Source of the DNA: Acutalibacteraceae bacterium
Lineage (GTDB): Bacteria; Bacillota; Clostridia; Oscillospirales; Acutalibacteraceae
Direction of reading: 5' to 3'
Assembly (NCBI GenBank): GCA_045578885.1
Contig: JAZNLE010000101.1
Span: forward strand, 1 to 63,130
DNA: 63,130 nucleotides
Notes under the pieces: generated by a model
The model's database searches: none
Told to the model about the DNA's origin: nothing
What the model saw: only the letters and a program-made list of their open reading frames with translations
Part shown: piece after piece, positions 1 to 8,916 of the stretch
How the letters are laid out: every line of letters begins with the position of its first letter
Position numbering within the stretch: position 1 is the first letter of the stretch
Program-made: the position numbers and the translations under genes

Positions 1-743
1 TCGATACATTCTTTCTTGTATGTACCTGCAACGGGGTGCTGGAAGCGAGTCGGGTTGGTTGAGTTACCTGTGATAGAAACGTCAACGCCTTCCTTGTGCA
101 TGATTGCAACGCCTTCACGAACATCATCAGCACCGTAGCAACGAACCTTAGCGCGTTCGCCGTTTGAGTAAGCGGTTTCTTCTACGATTTCAAGTTCGCC
201 GGTGTAGTAGTCAAACTTAGTCTGAACATAGGTAAAGCCGTTAATTCTTGAAATAATTTTAGCGGCGTCTTTACCAAGACCGTTAAGAACAACGCGGAGA
301 GGTTCTTTACGAGCCTTGTTAGCGCTACGAGCCAAACCGATTGCGCCTTCAGCAGCAGCAAAAGATTCGTGACCTGCCAAGAAAGCAAAACACTTGGTTT
401 CCTCGCGGAGAAGCATAGCGCCCAAGTTACCGTGGCCAAGACCTACCTTACGGTCGTCAGCAACAGAACCGGGGATGCAGAAAGACTGAAGACCAACGCC
501 GATTTTTTCAGCAGCTTCAGCAGCCGACTTAACCTCGTCTTTAATCGCGATAGCGCAACCTACAACATAAGCCCAAGCAGCATTTTCAAAACAAATAGGT
601 TGAATACCCTTAACGATGTTATAAGCATCAACGCCCGCTTTGTCGCAAATTTCTTTTGCTTCTTCAATGGAAGAAATGCCGTGCTTTAAAAGTTCAGCGT
701 TGATTTGATTTATTCTTCTATCATAAGATTCAAATAATGCCAT
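1..743 (-). CDS. GGGtGRT-family protein, N-terminal part (gene runs off the window start)
   Basis: Open frame from ATG at 743 to the window edge, with RBS AGGAGG at 751-758 (minus). The translation MALFESYDRRINQINAELLKHGISSIEEAK...GHGNLGAML...NGLGKDAAK recalls the clostridial GGGtGRT family, which is usually paired with a NifU-like gene. It is absent from the ORF track because it is truncated. Confidence 0.45.
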   Translation of the reverse strand, partial: MALFESYDRRINQINAELLKHGISSIEEAKEICDKAGVDAYNIVKGIQPICFENAAWAYVVGCAIAIKDEVKSAAEAAEKIGVGLQSFCIPGSVADDRKVGLGHGNLGAMLLREETKCFAFLAGHESFAAAEGAIGLARSANKARKEPLRVVLNGLGKDAAKIISRINGFTYVQTKFDYYTGELEIVEETAYSNGERAKVRCYGADDVREGVAIMHKEGVDVSITGNSTNPTRFQHPVAGTYKKECI

Positions 744-761
744 TATTCATTTCCTCCTTAA

Positions 762-1454
762 TTATTCTTCACGGGGGTCGAGAAGCTTAGCAGCGTCATC
801 AACACGACCGTACTGTCCGCTAGCCTTTTCCAAAGCTTCATTAGCGTCCATACCCTTTTTAATCATATCCATCATTTTGCCGAGGTGAACGAACTTGTAA
901 CCGATAATGGTGTCGTTTTCATCAACAGCAATCTTGGTGATATAGCCTTCTGCAAGTTCAAGATAACGGGGGCCCTTTGCAAGAGTAGCATAGGTTGTAC
1001 CACATTGTGAACGAAGACCCTTACCTAAGTCTTCAAGACCTGCACCAATCGGCAAACCGTCTTCAGAGAAAGCAGTCTGTGTACGACCGTAAACGATTTG
1101 CAAGAACAATTCGCGCATAGCGGTGTTGATAGCATCGCATACGAGGTCGGTATTGAGTGCTTCGAGGATGGTCTTACCAACCAAAATTTCAGAAGCCATA
1201 GCTGCAGAGTGGGTCATACCCGAGCAACCGATTGTTTCAACCAATGCTTCCTGAATGATACCCTCTTTAACATTGAGAGTGAGTTTGCAGGTGCCTTGTT
1301 GAGGTGCGCACCAGCCGATACCGTGGGTAAGGCCGGAAACATCTTTAACTTCCTTAACCTGAACCCATTTTCCCTCTTCCGGAATTGGAGCGGGACCGTG
1401 ATATGTGCCTTTTGCTAAAGGACACATATTTTCTACTTCATGTGAATAGTTCAT
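762..1454 (-). CDS. NifU/IscU-like iron-sulfur cluster scaffold-domain protein
   Basis: 230-aa ORF. It has the motif ETIGCSGMTHSAAMASEILVGKTILEAL plus upstream Cys residues (GWCAPQQGTC), typical of the IscU/NifU N-terminal fold. It lies directly upstream of the GGGtGRT gene. Confidence 0.55.
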   Translation of the reverse strand: MNYSHEVENMCPLAKGTYHGPAPIPEEGKWVQVKEVKDVSGLTHGIGWCAPQQGTCKLTLNVKEGIIQEALVETIGCSGMTHSAAMASEILVGKTILEALNTDLVCDAINTAMRELFLQIVYGRTQTAFSEDGLPIGAGLEDLGKGLRSQCGTTYATLAKGPRYLELAEGYITKIAVDENDTIIGYKFVHLGKMMDMIKKGMDANEALEKASGQYGRVDDAAKLLDPREE

Positions 1455-1531
1455 ATATGTACTCCTTTCGGTTATATAACAACATTATAACAAATATACC
1501 TTAAAAACTCAATAGGCTAAATGACAAAATT

Positions 1532-2575
1532 TTAACTAATTTGCGCAATTATACTGTCGAAATAATCGAAAGTTTCCTGTCTTTCTCTTTCGATTAAATC
1601 TTTCTTTTGCGAAAACTCGATTTCCATATTCATAATCTTGAGAATTTCCGACTTCAAAACCTCGTTTCTGCCGAGAGCCAAATTGACAAGCTCTTTTTTC
1701 GTTTCGTCCTGTCCATCTGCGGTAAGCTTGTTACAAACCTTTGTAACCTCGACTACACAAATGCCGATAACCTTTGCGGCATATTCCAATTCGTCGTTAA
1801 TTTTCATTTCACGCTTCTCCGTTTCTGTCGGGATAACTTCCGAGTCGGTTTTCGGCTCACTGTCCACTTCTTCGGGTAAATCAGCTTCGGGTTCTTCTAC
1901 CGTTTCGGGAATTTCTTCCGCAAGTTCTTCTGCTACCGCCTTTTGCTGTAACTCGGTTTCGAGTTTTTCAATAACAGCCTTATGCTCGTCAATTCTGTCT
2001 TCGAGAGTCTTATTTCGATAATAAGCTTTATCGAGCTTTTGATAAAGTTCATAATTTTGGTTCATAAGCGACTTCTTTGTAACCCCTGCAAATGCGGTCT
2101 TGCGACGCAAGGGTGATATAATCTTGACAAACAAGCTACATATAATAATCGCCGCCAAAATTCCTGCTGTATCAAGCAAAAAATCCCTGAACTCACAGCT
2201 TCTGCCAACTACAAAACGCTGATGGAATTCGTCACCCGCGGCATATACGCACGAAACCGCCGCTGCCCAGAAAATTCGGGCAAAAAAGTGCAGATTGACA
2301 TAGCTTATAAACGTGAGAAACGCCAAAAAACCTAATACAGCATAGATACCGATATGCGCAGTTTTTCTGACTGTGAATTGCAAAGAAGAAATAAACTCTT
2401 CTTTTTCAATTTCCGTCATTTGCTCAAAATCGGGATAAAACTTTTCGGCTATTACTTCTATAACCTGACCGCTCGTCTCGGACGAATTGTCAGCCGTCTG
2501 TCCCGAAAAGAAGAAGATAAGTCCCATCCACAAAACAAGTAAAATTATACTGAAAATTCTTAAAAATTTACGCAT
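1532..2575 (-). CDS. VanZ-family membrane protein with C-terminal acidic coiled-coil extension
   Basis: The N-terminal TM region carries RKTAHIGIYAVLGFL and GDEFHQRFVVGRSCEFRDFLLDTAG, the VanZ signature. The C-terminal half is charged and helical. RBS GGGAGGG. Confidence 0.7.
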   Translation of the reverse strand: MRKFLRIFSIILLVLWMGLIFFFSGQTADNSSETSGQVIEVIAEKFYPDFEQMTEIEKEEFISSLQFTVRKTAHIGIYAVLGFLAFLTFISYVNLHFFARIFWAAAVSCVYAAGDEFHQRFVVGRSCEFRDFLLDTAGILAAIIICSLFVKIISPLRRKTAFAGVTKKSLMNQNYELYQKLDKAYYRNKTLEDRIDEHKAVIEKLETELQQKAVAEELAEEIPETVEEPEADLPEEVDSEPKTDSEVIPTETEKREMKINDELEYAAKVIGICVVEVTKVCNKLTADGQDETKKELVNLALGRNEVLKSEILKIMNMEIEFSQKKDLIERERQETFDYFDSIIAQIS

Positions 2576-2593
2576 ATAATTTCCCTCCCATAT

Positions 2594-2627
2594 TCAAAGA
2601 AAACCGCCACAAATAAAGTGACGGTTT
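2594..2627 (-). terminator. Intrinsic terminator downstream of the M23 peptidase gene
   Basis: On the minus strand AAACCGTCAC-loop-GTGGCGGTTT is followed by TTTCTTT. The single non-WC pair is G.T only on the minus strand. Confidence 0.55.
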
Positions 2628-2632
2628 ATCTT

Positions 2633-3847
2633 TTAGCCAACCTTTTTATAGAAATTCATTGGGTTAACCCAACTGCCGTTAACTGCTATACCAAAATGCA
2701 GATGCGCGCCTGTTGAACGGCCTGTTGAACCGACATAACCGATAATCTGTCCTTTTTTAACCTTCGATCCCAAAGACACCGAAACGCTTGACATATGGGC
2801 ATAATACGCCACATAGGTCTTACCGTTTTTAGTACCGTGGTTGATGGTTATATAGTTGCCGTAACCGTTGCCGCAACAAGTTCTTGCGGGTTTTTTACCG
2901 TAGTTGTGGCGGCAATTATTCGAATAAGTGGTAACAACACCGTCTGCAATAGCAACGATTTTATCACCCCAACAGTTACCGTTTGCAATATCGATACCGT
3001 TATGCGATCTACCCCAACGCCAGCCGTAGTATGAAGAAATACGGTTAACGGTAGGTGTCGGCCATAAGAAGTCCTTACCGTCATACACAACATTTGTGCT
3101 GGTATTGCCCGAAGCGCTGAGAATTGCCTGAAGTTCTTTTTGCATCTGCTTTAATTCTTTTTCAACCTCAGCGTTTTCATCCTTGACTTCGTTCTGGTCT
3201 TTTCTTATCGAACTGATTACCGACTGAATTTCGCTTTCTTCTTGTGCAAGTTCCGCCTTTTTAGCGGCGATTTTTTCCTTAACAGTAACCTGTTCTTCCA
3301 AAAGTTTTTTGTTTTCTTTTTGTTTTTCTTCGATTTTTTTAATTTCAGCTACAAGCTCTTCAATCATCTTCTTATCGTGAGCCGAAACCGAAGCTGTAAG
3401 CTGAGATAACTGTAAAAAGTCAGAAAAATCTTCAGCACCAAGCAAAACCTGAATGCTACCGCCCGAATTGCTCATATAAATAGCGCGCAAGCGTTTTTTG
3501 AAAGCAAGCTTATCGGCTTCAATCTGCTTTTCATTTTTAGCGATTTCTGCCTTGTTAGCCGCAATTTTGCTGTTTATGGAATTTATCTGGCGGTTACAAG
3601 CGTCAATCTGGCTTTGAACATTCGCCATTTTGCGCTCTATAGCAGTTTTAAGCTCGGTTTGTTTATTAATTTTGCCCTGAAGCTGTTTTATTTCAGCCTC
3701 AAGTTGTTTTGATTCCTGCTCAAGTTTGCTGATTTCGTTCTGAATTTCTGATTTTGTTGCCGCACCTACATCTGCAGTAAAAATTGCTGTAAGTGTCAAC
3801 ACCAAAGCCATTACAAGACAAACTGTTTTTATCGTTCTTTTATGCAT
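2633..3847 (-). CDS. M23-family peptidoglycan DD-metalloendopeptidase with N-terminal coiled coil (EnvC/PcsB-like FtsEX partner)
   Basis: Signal/TM segment, then a long coiled coil, then a C-terminal M23 core (HNGIDIA ... GSTGRSTGAHLHFGI). It sits immediately downstream of ftsEX. Confidence 0.8.
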   Translation of the reverse strand: MHKRTIKTVCLVMALVLTLTAIFTADVGAATKSEIQNEISKLEQESKQLEAEIKQLQGKINKQTELKTAIERKMANVQSQIDACNRQINSINSKIAANKAEIAKNEKQIEADKLAFKKRLRAIYMSNSGGSIQVLLGAEDFSDFLQLSQLTASVSAHDKKMIEELVAEIKKIEEKQKENKKLLEEQVTVKEKIAAKKAELAQEESEIQSVISSIRKDQNEVKDENAEVEKELKQMQKELQAILSASGNTSTNVVYDGKDFLWPTPTVNRISSYYGWRWGRSHNGIDIANGNCWGDKIVAIADGVVTTYSNNCRHNYGKKPARTCCGNGYGNYITINHGTKNGKTYVAYYAHMSSVSVSLGSKVKKGQIIGYVGSTGRSTGAHLHFGIAVNGSWVNPMNFYKKVG

Positions 3848-3867
3848 TATAAACTCCTTAGGATTAC

Positions 3868-4875
3868 CTAAATTGCCGCAAATTCGCTTCCCTCTTTACG
3901 AAGGTATTTACTGATAATAATTACACTACCAATAACACCCGAAACGATACCGATTGCCACAAAGAGCACCAGTAAAACCCAAGCCATATCGCTAAAGGGT
4001 ATCACATCGCCAAAGGTTTTGATTATAGTTTCGGTAGCGATACGGTAGCAGAAATACAGCAACCCTTCTGCCAAAAGCGCTGAAATTATGCCTATAAGCA
4101 TTCCCTCTACAACAAAGGGGATTCTTACAAAAGAGTCGGTAGCACCAACCGCTTTCATTATGCTGATTTCAAGCTTTCTTGTATACATTGTAACACGGAT
4201 TGTGTTAGAAACAATAACAAGAGAAATTATCATTAGTATTGCAATAATCCAGACACCTGCAACAGTTATACCCTGCTTGATAGCAGTAAGCTTTTCTGCA
4301 AGACCGCTGTTAGACTGTATTACATCAATACCGTCGAGTTTTTCGATTTCCTTTACAGTCTGGTCAAAAAGCGCCATATCCTTCATAGAAACCTTGGCAG
4401 CGCAAGGAAGCGGATTTTCACCCTTTTCTTCAAGGAAGGTGAAGTATTCTTTCTGACTATCAAGCATCGATTTTGTCGCTGTTTCCAAGCCTTCTTCACT
4501 TGAAACAAATTCAACCGAAGCCACATTAGGAAGTGCGGCAATTTTATCGCAAAGCGCTATCGCCTCTTCCTCATTATGTATAACATAGTCGGACTTACGA
4601 ATGCCGTTTTTATCAGCCTTTTCTTTAGAATCGCTCTTTTTATCAGCACCGTTGCCATAAAGCGCCCAGCTATAATCCTCCATATAAGCCATTACAACAT
4701 TCTGCTTTTCGAGGTTACCCATTGCCATATTTACATTTTCCGAAATCATTACCGCAACGCCGATAATAACCATACAAGCGATAAGCACGCCCACCGAAGC
4801 GATGGTCATAAGACGGTTTGTCCAGGTGTTTTTAACGCCTTCTTTTATGAGGTATCTTACACTGCTTAATTTCAT
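3868..4875 (-). CDS. ftsX: Cell-division ABC-transporter permease-like protein FtsX
   Basis: 335 aa. One N-terminal TM, a large extracellular domain and 3 C-terminal TMs. Its start overlaps the ftsE stop. Confidence 0.8.
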   Translation of the reverse strand: MKLSSVRYLIKEGVKNTWTNRLMTIASVGVLIACMVIIGVAVMISENVNMAMGNLEKQNVVMAYMEDYSWALYGNGADKKSDSKEKADKNGIRKSDYVIHNEEEAIALCDKIAALPNVASVEFVSSEEGLETATKSMLDSQKEYFTFLEEKGENPLPCAAKVSMKDMALFDQTVKEIEKLDGIDVIQSNSGLAEKLTAIKQGITVAGVWIIAILMIISLVIVSNTIRVTMYTRKLEISIMKAVGATDSFVRIPFVVEGMLIGIISALLAEGLLYFCYRIATETIIKTFGDVIPFSDMAWVLLVLFVAIGIVSGVIGSVIIISKYLRKEGSEFAAI

Positions 4876-5597
4876 TATAAGTCACCTCCGGCATTATCTG
4901 CTACTATCTTACCGCCGTCAAGCATAATTACGCGGTGATTAAAGTCACGCACTAAATTATGGTCGTGCGTTACCATAAGTACAGTTGTTCCGCGCTTGTT
5001 AATTTCGGTAAGAAGCGAAACGATTTCGTAGGACATATTTGGGTCCACATTACCTGTAGGCTCGTCCGCGATAATCAAATCGGGAGAGTTTACAAGTGCA
5101 CGCGCAAGACCCACACGCTGCTGCTCACCGCCCGAAAGCTGATTGGGCATTGAACGTGCCTTGTGACCCAGTCCCACAAGGGACAAAGCCTTTGAAACTT
5201 CGCGGCGGATGTTTCGGTTATCAGCGCCTACAACATGCATCGCAAAAGCAACATTGTCAAATACATTCATATTGGGTATCAGGCGGAAGTCCTGAAAAAC
5301 AATACCCATTGTACGACGAAGCATCGGAACCGACTTTCTCTTCATTTTTGTAAGATCAAAGCCATTTACAGCGATTTTACCTGTATTTGCCTTTTCTTCA
5401 CGCATTATAAGCTTCATGAAGGTACTTTTGCCAGCACCCGAAGAACCTACAACAAACACGAATTCGCCGCCGTTTATCTTTATATTAACATCCTCTAAAG
5501 CGTGTGTTCCTGTTTTATAAGTTTTAGATACGCCGCGGAATTCGATTATCGGTTTCGAATCGGGCGCCGCCTTAAAACCTTGTTCCATTTGTTCCAT
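4875..5597 (-). CDS. ftsE: Cell-division ATP-binding protein FtsE
   Basis: Walker [13 protein letters not shown] signature LSGGEQQR and Walker B LIIADEPT. It is coupled to ftsX. Confidence 0.85.
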   Translation of the reverse strand: MEQMEQGFKAAPDSKPIIEFRGVSKTYKTGTHALEDVNIKINGGEFVFVVGSSGAGKSTFMKLIMREEKANTGKIAVNGFDLTKMKRKSVPMLRRTMGIVFQDFRLIPNMNVFDNVAFAMHVVGADNRNIRREVSKALSLVGLGHKARSMPNQLSGGEQQRVGLARALVNSPDLIIADEPTGNVDPNMSYEIVSLLTEINKRGTTVLMVTHDHNLVRDFNHRVIMLDGGKIVADNAGGDL

Positions 5598-5612
5598 TTA
5601 AAAATTCCTTTA

Positions 5613-6686
5613 CTAATATTTGATCGGATTACTCTTTAGGTATTTATTAACCATCAAAGCGATTTTAAATATAATAGCGTGGTCAAATTCACGAAGATCA
5701 AGTCCTGTGATTTTCTTGATTTTTTCAAGTCTGTATACCAAGGTGTTACGGTGAACAAACAATTTTCTCGAGGTTTCGGAAACATTGAGGTTGTTTTCAA
5801 AGAAACGCTGAATTGTAAACAAGGTTTCCTGGTCAAGATTTTCAATTGAGCCACGCTTGAAAACTTCTTTCAAAAAGGATTCACAAAGGGTGGTCGGCAA
5901 CTGATAAATAAGTCTTGCAATACCTAAGTTGTCATAAGAAACGATAGTCTTTTCTGTGTCGAACACTTTACCTACTTCCAAAGCTGCCTGAGCTTCCTTG
6001 AAAGAACGCGCCAAATCTTTAAGATTATTAACGGTAGTACCGATACCGATAACAACATGAGCATAAAACTCACCCGAAATTGTATCAGCAATGGTAGAAG
6101 CCATCTTTTCAATAGTTTTTGGGTCTATTCCCTGTGCGGTTTCTTTGACAAGCGCAATATCGCTTTCATTAATGCTTATAATGAAATCCTTCGACTTGTC
6201 GGGGAAAAGATTCTGAATAATGTCATAAATCGAGATATCGCCCTGGTCAAGCGAACGGATTATAATAACGGTACGCGAAACATCGCTGTTAAAATAAAGC
6301 TCGCGAGCCTTGATATAGATATCGCCAGGCAAAATGTTATCAAGAATAATGTTCTTGATAAAATTGCTACGGTCATACTTTTCATCATAGTAGAATTTGA
6401 TATTGGAAAACGCGATTGCTAAAACATTGGCATATTTTGTGGCTAAAATATCGTCACCGTCAACAAAAACCGCATACTTTGCACCCTGATTTGACGGAAT
6501 GACCTTGTATGTATATCCATCGTTAGTGAAGGTCTCGATCGAAGGCATGAATTCAAGAACAGTTTCGCCTATCTTTCCAAGCTCACTCGAAGCGATAACT
6601 GTGAGGTTTTCATCAACTACACCAAAAGTGCGGTCAATAGCGTCCTTCATTTGATGGATAACACCCTGAAAAAGTCTGTTTGCCAT
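5613..6686 (-). CDS. PucR/CdaR-family transcriptional regulator
   Basis: 357 aa. The C-terminal HTH region (NLNVSETSRKLFVHRNTLVYRLEKIKKITGLD) is typical of the PucR C-terminal HTH. Confidence 0.7.
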   Translation of the reverse strand: MANRLFQGVIHQMKDAIDRTFGVVDENLTVIASSELGKIGETVLEFMPSIETFTNDGYTYKVIPSNQGAKYAVFVDGDDILATKYANVLAIAFSNIKFYYDEKYDRSNFIKNIILDNILPGDIYIKARELYFNSDVSRTVIIIRSLDQGDISIYDIIQNLFPDKSKDFIISINESDIALVKETAQGIDPKTIEKMASTIADTISGEFYAHVVIGIGTTVNNLKDLARSFKEAQAALEVGKVFDTEKTIVSYDNLGIARLIYQLPTTLCESFLKEVFKRGSIENLDQETLFTIQRFFENNLNVSETSRKLFVHRNTLVYRLEKIKKITGLDLREFDHAIIFKIALMVNKYLKSNPIKY

Positions 6687-6880
6687 TTAAAAAACACGTC
6701 CTTTATGAAAATGTAATATATAGACATAATGTACTGATTATATTTTACACTTTCTCATTGAATTTTGCAAGTGTAATATTTAAAAAAGTTACAAATAAAT
6801 TACAATTTCCAAAATTTTGATAAACTATTGTGAAAATTATGTTAAAATTAAGCGTATTTTGGAAAGGCTGTGACTAAATT

Positions 6881-7789
6881 ATGACAACCGAGAAACGCAA
6901 AGCAGGTATTTTTTGCGCTCTTTTTGCAAATATTATTTTCGGGTTCAGTTTTATTTTTTCAAAAACTGCGCTTTCGATATCGCATCCGCTTGTAATTTTG
7001 GCAATAAGATTTACTGTAGCTTTCCTATTTCTCAATATTTTATGGGCTTTCGGCGTTTTTAAAATAAATACTAAAGCTTTCAATGATCCTACCCTATGGC
7101 TTATGGGATTGGCTCAACCGTTTTTATATTTTATTTTGGAACTTTACGGTCTGTCACTTGTGTCTTCGGCGCTTTCGGGAGTTGTAATAGCGCTCGTCCC
7201 CGTTGCCGTAATGCTACTTTCAACAGTTATTTTAAAGGAAAAACCAACAGCTCTTCAATGGCTGTTCACCGCTATTTCTATCATTGGTATTTCGGTCATC
7301 AGTATAATCTCAAACGACGGTCAGAAGAATTATACTCTCGGTATTTTTCTGCTTTTGGGCGCTGTAATCTGCGCAGGACTGTTTAATGTTTTAAACCGCA
7401 AGCAATCGGAAAGCAGTACCCCATTTGAACGCACCTATGCTATGTTTTTGATAGGCTTTATCGGTTTTAACCTTACCGCTTTCGTTGCCCTCAAATCGCA
7501 GTATCTTCCCCTTATTATGCAGAGTGTCACTAATATCAGATTTATTATCGCGATAATCTACCTTGCGATAATCTCTTCGGTACTCGCATTCCTGCTTTAT
7601 AATTTCGCCACAGCCAATATAACCGCTGTCGAGGCTTCGTCATTTTCGAATATCATAACCGTCGTAACGGTTTTGGCTGGGGTGCTTATATTAAAAGAAT
7701 CTTTGAATTTGTGGGGATACTTCCTTTGCGCGCTCATAATATTCGGCGTTTGGGGCGTTAACACATTCACCCCAAAAAGCGAAAAATAA
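6881..7789 (+). CDS. DMT-superfamily (EamA-like) transporter
   Basis: 302 aa with about 10 predicted TM helices in two repeated halves. Confidence 0.7.
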   Translation: MTTEKRKAGIFCALFANIIFGFSFIFSKTALSISHPLVILAIRFTVAFLFLNILWAFGVFKINTKAFNDPTLWLMGLAQPFLYFILELYGLSLVSSALSGVVIALVPVAVMLLSTVILKEKPTALQWLFTAISIIGISVISIISNDGQKNYTLGIFLLLGAVICAGLFNVLNRKQSESSTPFERTYAMFLIGFIGFNLTAFVALKSQYLPLIMQSVTNIRFIIAIIYLAIISSVLAFLLYNFATANITAVEASSFSNIITVVTVLAGVLILKESLNLWGYFLCALIIFGVWGVNTFTPKSEK

Positions 7790-7817
7790 AAAAAATTAAA
7801 TTTTTTAAAATTAACTA

Positions 7818-7846
7818 TTGACAAAAGCGACGAGTTTCGATATAAT
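7818..7846 (+). promoter_or_regulatory. Consensus sigma-A-type promoter for the tRNA-Met/tRNA-Glu unit
   Basis: TTGACA (7818-7823), 17-nt spacer, TATAAT (7841-7846), about 20 nt upstream of the tRNA 5' end. Confidence 0.75.
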
Positions 7847-7866
7847 ATACGAGTCGCTGAAAATAT

Positions 7867-7943
7867 GGCTGTATAGCTCAGTTGGCTAGAGCATGCGGTT
7901 CATACCCGCAGTGTCATTGGTTCAAATCCAATTACAGCCACCA
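7867..7943 (+). tRNA. tRNA-Met (anticodon CAT; a lysidine-modified tRNA-Ile2 is not excluded)
   Basis: Cloverleaf folded by hand. Acceptor GGCTGTA/TACAGCC, anticodon arm TGCGG-TTCATAC-CCGCA, T-loop GGTTCAAATCC, encoded CCA. Confidence 0.85.
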
Positions 7944-7947
7944 ATTC

Positions 7948-8023
7948 GGCCCGTTGGTCAAGAGGCCTAAGACACCGCCCTTTCACGGCGGTAACACGAG
8001 TTCGAATCTCGTACGGGTCACCA
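7948..8023 (+). tRNA. tRNA-Glu (anticodon TTC)
   Basis: GGCCCGTTGGTCAAG... start typical of Firmicutes tRNA-Glu. Anticodon arm CCGCC-CTTTCAC-GGCGG, T-loop GTTCGAATC, encoded CCA. Confidence 0.9.
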
Positions 8024-8026
8024 AAA

Positions 8027-8058
8027 AATAAGACAGTCTTCGGACTGTCTTATTTTTT
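8027..8058 (+). terminator. Intrinsic terminator after the tRNA-Met/Glu unit
   Basis: AATAAGACAGTC-TTCG-GACTGTCTTATT followed by TTTT. Confidence 0.8.
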
Positions 8059-8128
8059 ATCCAATCCGATAGGATTGGTATGTGATTTGCACAAACGAGT
8101 CTGTAATCCCAACAGGCGAATTTCATTG

Positions 8129-8160
8129 AAAAAACCGCCGACAAAAGTCGGCGGTTTTTT
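8129..8160. terminator. Bidirectional hairpin terminator downstream of tRNA-Ser
   Basis: A6-CCGCCGAC-AAAA-GTCGGCGG-T6, immediately 3' of the minus-strand tRNA. Confidence 0.75.
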
Positions 8161-8161
8161 C

Positions 8162-8253
8162 TGGCGGAGAGAGGGGGATTCGAACCCCCGAACGGGTATT
8201 AGCCGTTACACGATTTCCAATCGTGCGCCTTAGACCAGCTCAGCCATCTCTCC
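8162..8253 (-). tRNA. tRNA-Ser (anticodon GGA), class II with long variable arm
   Basis: The reverse complement is GGAGAGATGGCTGAGCTGGTCTAAGGCGCACGATTGGAAATCGTG...GGTTCGAATCCCCCTCTCTCCGCCA. Acceptor GGAGAGA/TCTCTCC, loop TTGGAAA. Confidence 0.9.
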
Positions 8254-8389
8254 ACAGATCACTAAAGCATTATAATACATAACTTTTAAAAAATCAAGGA
8301 AAATTTTTTCTTTTTAAAAATAATGTATTATAAATCACGCGATTAACATTATTGTTGCAAACCAAATCGCTTTATTATATAATCTTTTT

Positions 8390-8881
8390 ATGAACAAAAT
8401 CTACATTCTCCCTCGCAAAACCGACGCTTACGGTTTTGTGAAACAAATCGCCTTCGAAAAATACAATATTGATTTTTCCGCTCTCGAAATCGGGCGAAGT
8501 GAACACGGCAAGCCGTATTTTAAAGCCATACCCGATTTTTACTTCAACATTTCCCATTCAAGCGATTTGCTTGCAATAGTTGTAAGTGACAGCGACGTCG
8601 GAATTGATATCGAAAAACTGCGCACCATGGATACGCGCATAGCAAAACGCTTTTGCGCCGATGAGCAGACTTATATAACCGAAGCAGATTCCCAAAACCG
8701 TCTTTTCGAAGTATGGACAAAAAAAGAAGCCTGTCTAAAATACAAAGGCACAGGACTTTCGGGCGGTCTTGATACCTTTAGTGTTTTTGAGTTTTACCCT
8801 TCGCCCCTATCATATACATTTGGCGAATATTTCATATCAGTTTGCGGCCAAGAAGAATTTGAACTGATTATCAAAGTATAA
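8390..8881 (+). CDS. 4'-phosphopantetheinyl transferase, Sfp-type (short form)
   Basis: Motifs GKPYF, FNISHSSDLLAIVVS, VGIDIE and WTKKEACLKYKGTGL. Confidence 0.75.
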   Translation: MNKIYILPRKTDAYGFVKQIAFEKYNIDFSALEIGRSEHGKPYFKAIPDFYFNISHSSDLLAIVVSDSDVGIDIEKLRTMDTRIAKRFCADEQTYITEADSQNRLFEVWTKKEACLKYKGTGLSGGLDTFSVFEFYPSPLSYTFGEYFISVCGQEEFELIIKV

Positions 8882-8883
8882 AA

Positions 8884-8916
8884 GCACCTACTTTTTTACA
8901 AAGTAAGTGCTTTTTG
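8884..8916. terminator. Hairpin between the convergent PPTase and transglutaminase genes
   Basis: GCACCTACT-loop-AGTAAGTGC with flanking T/A runs on both strands. Confidence 0.45.
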
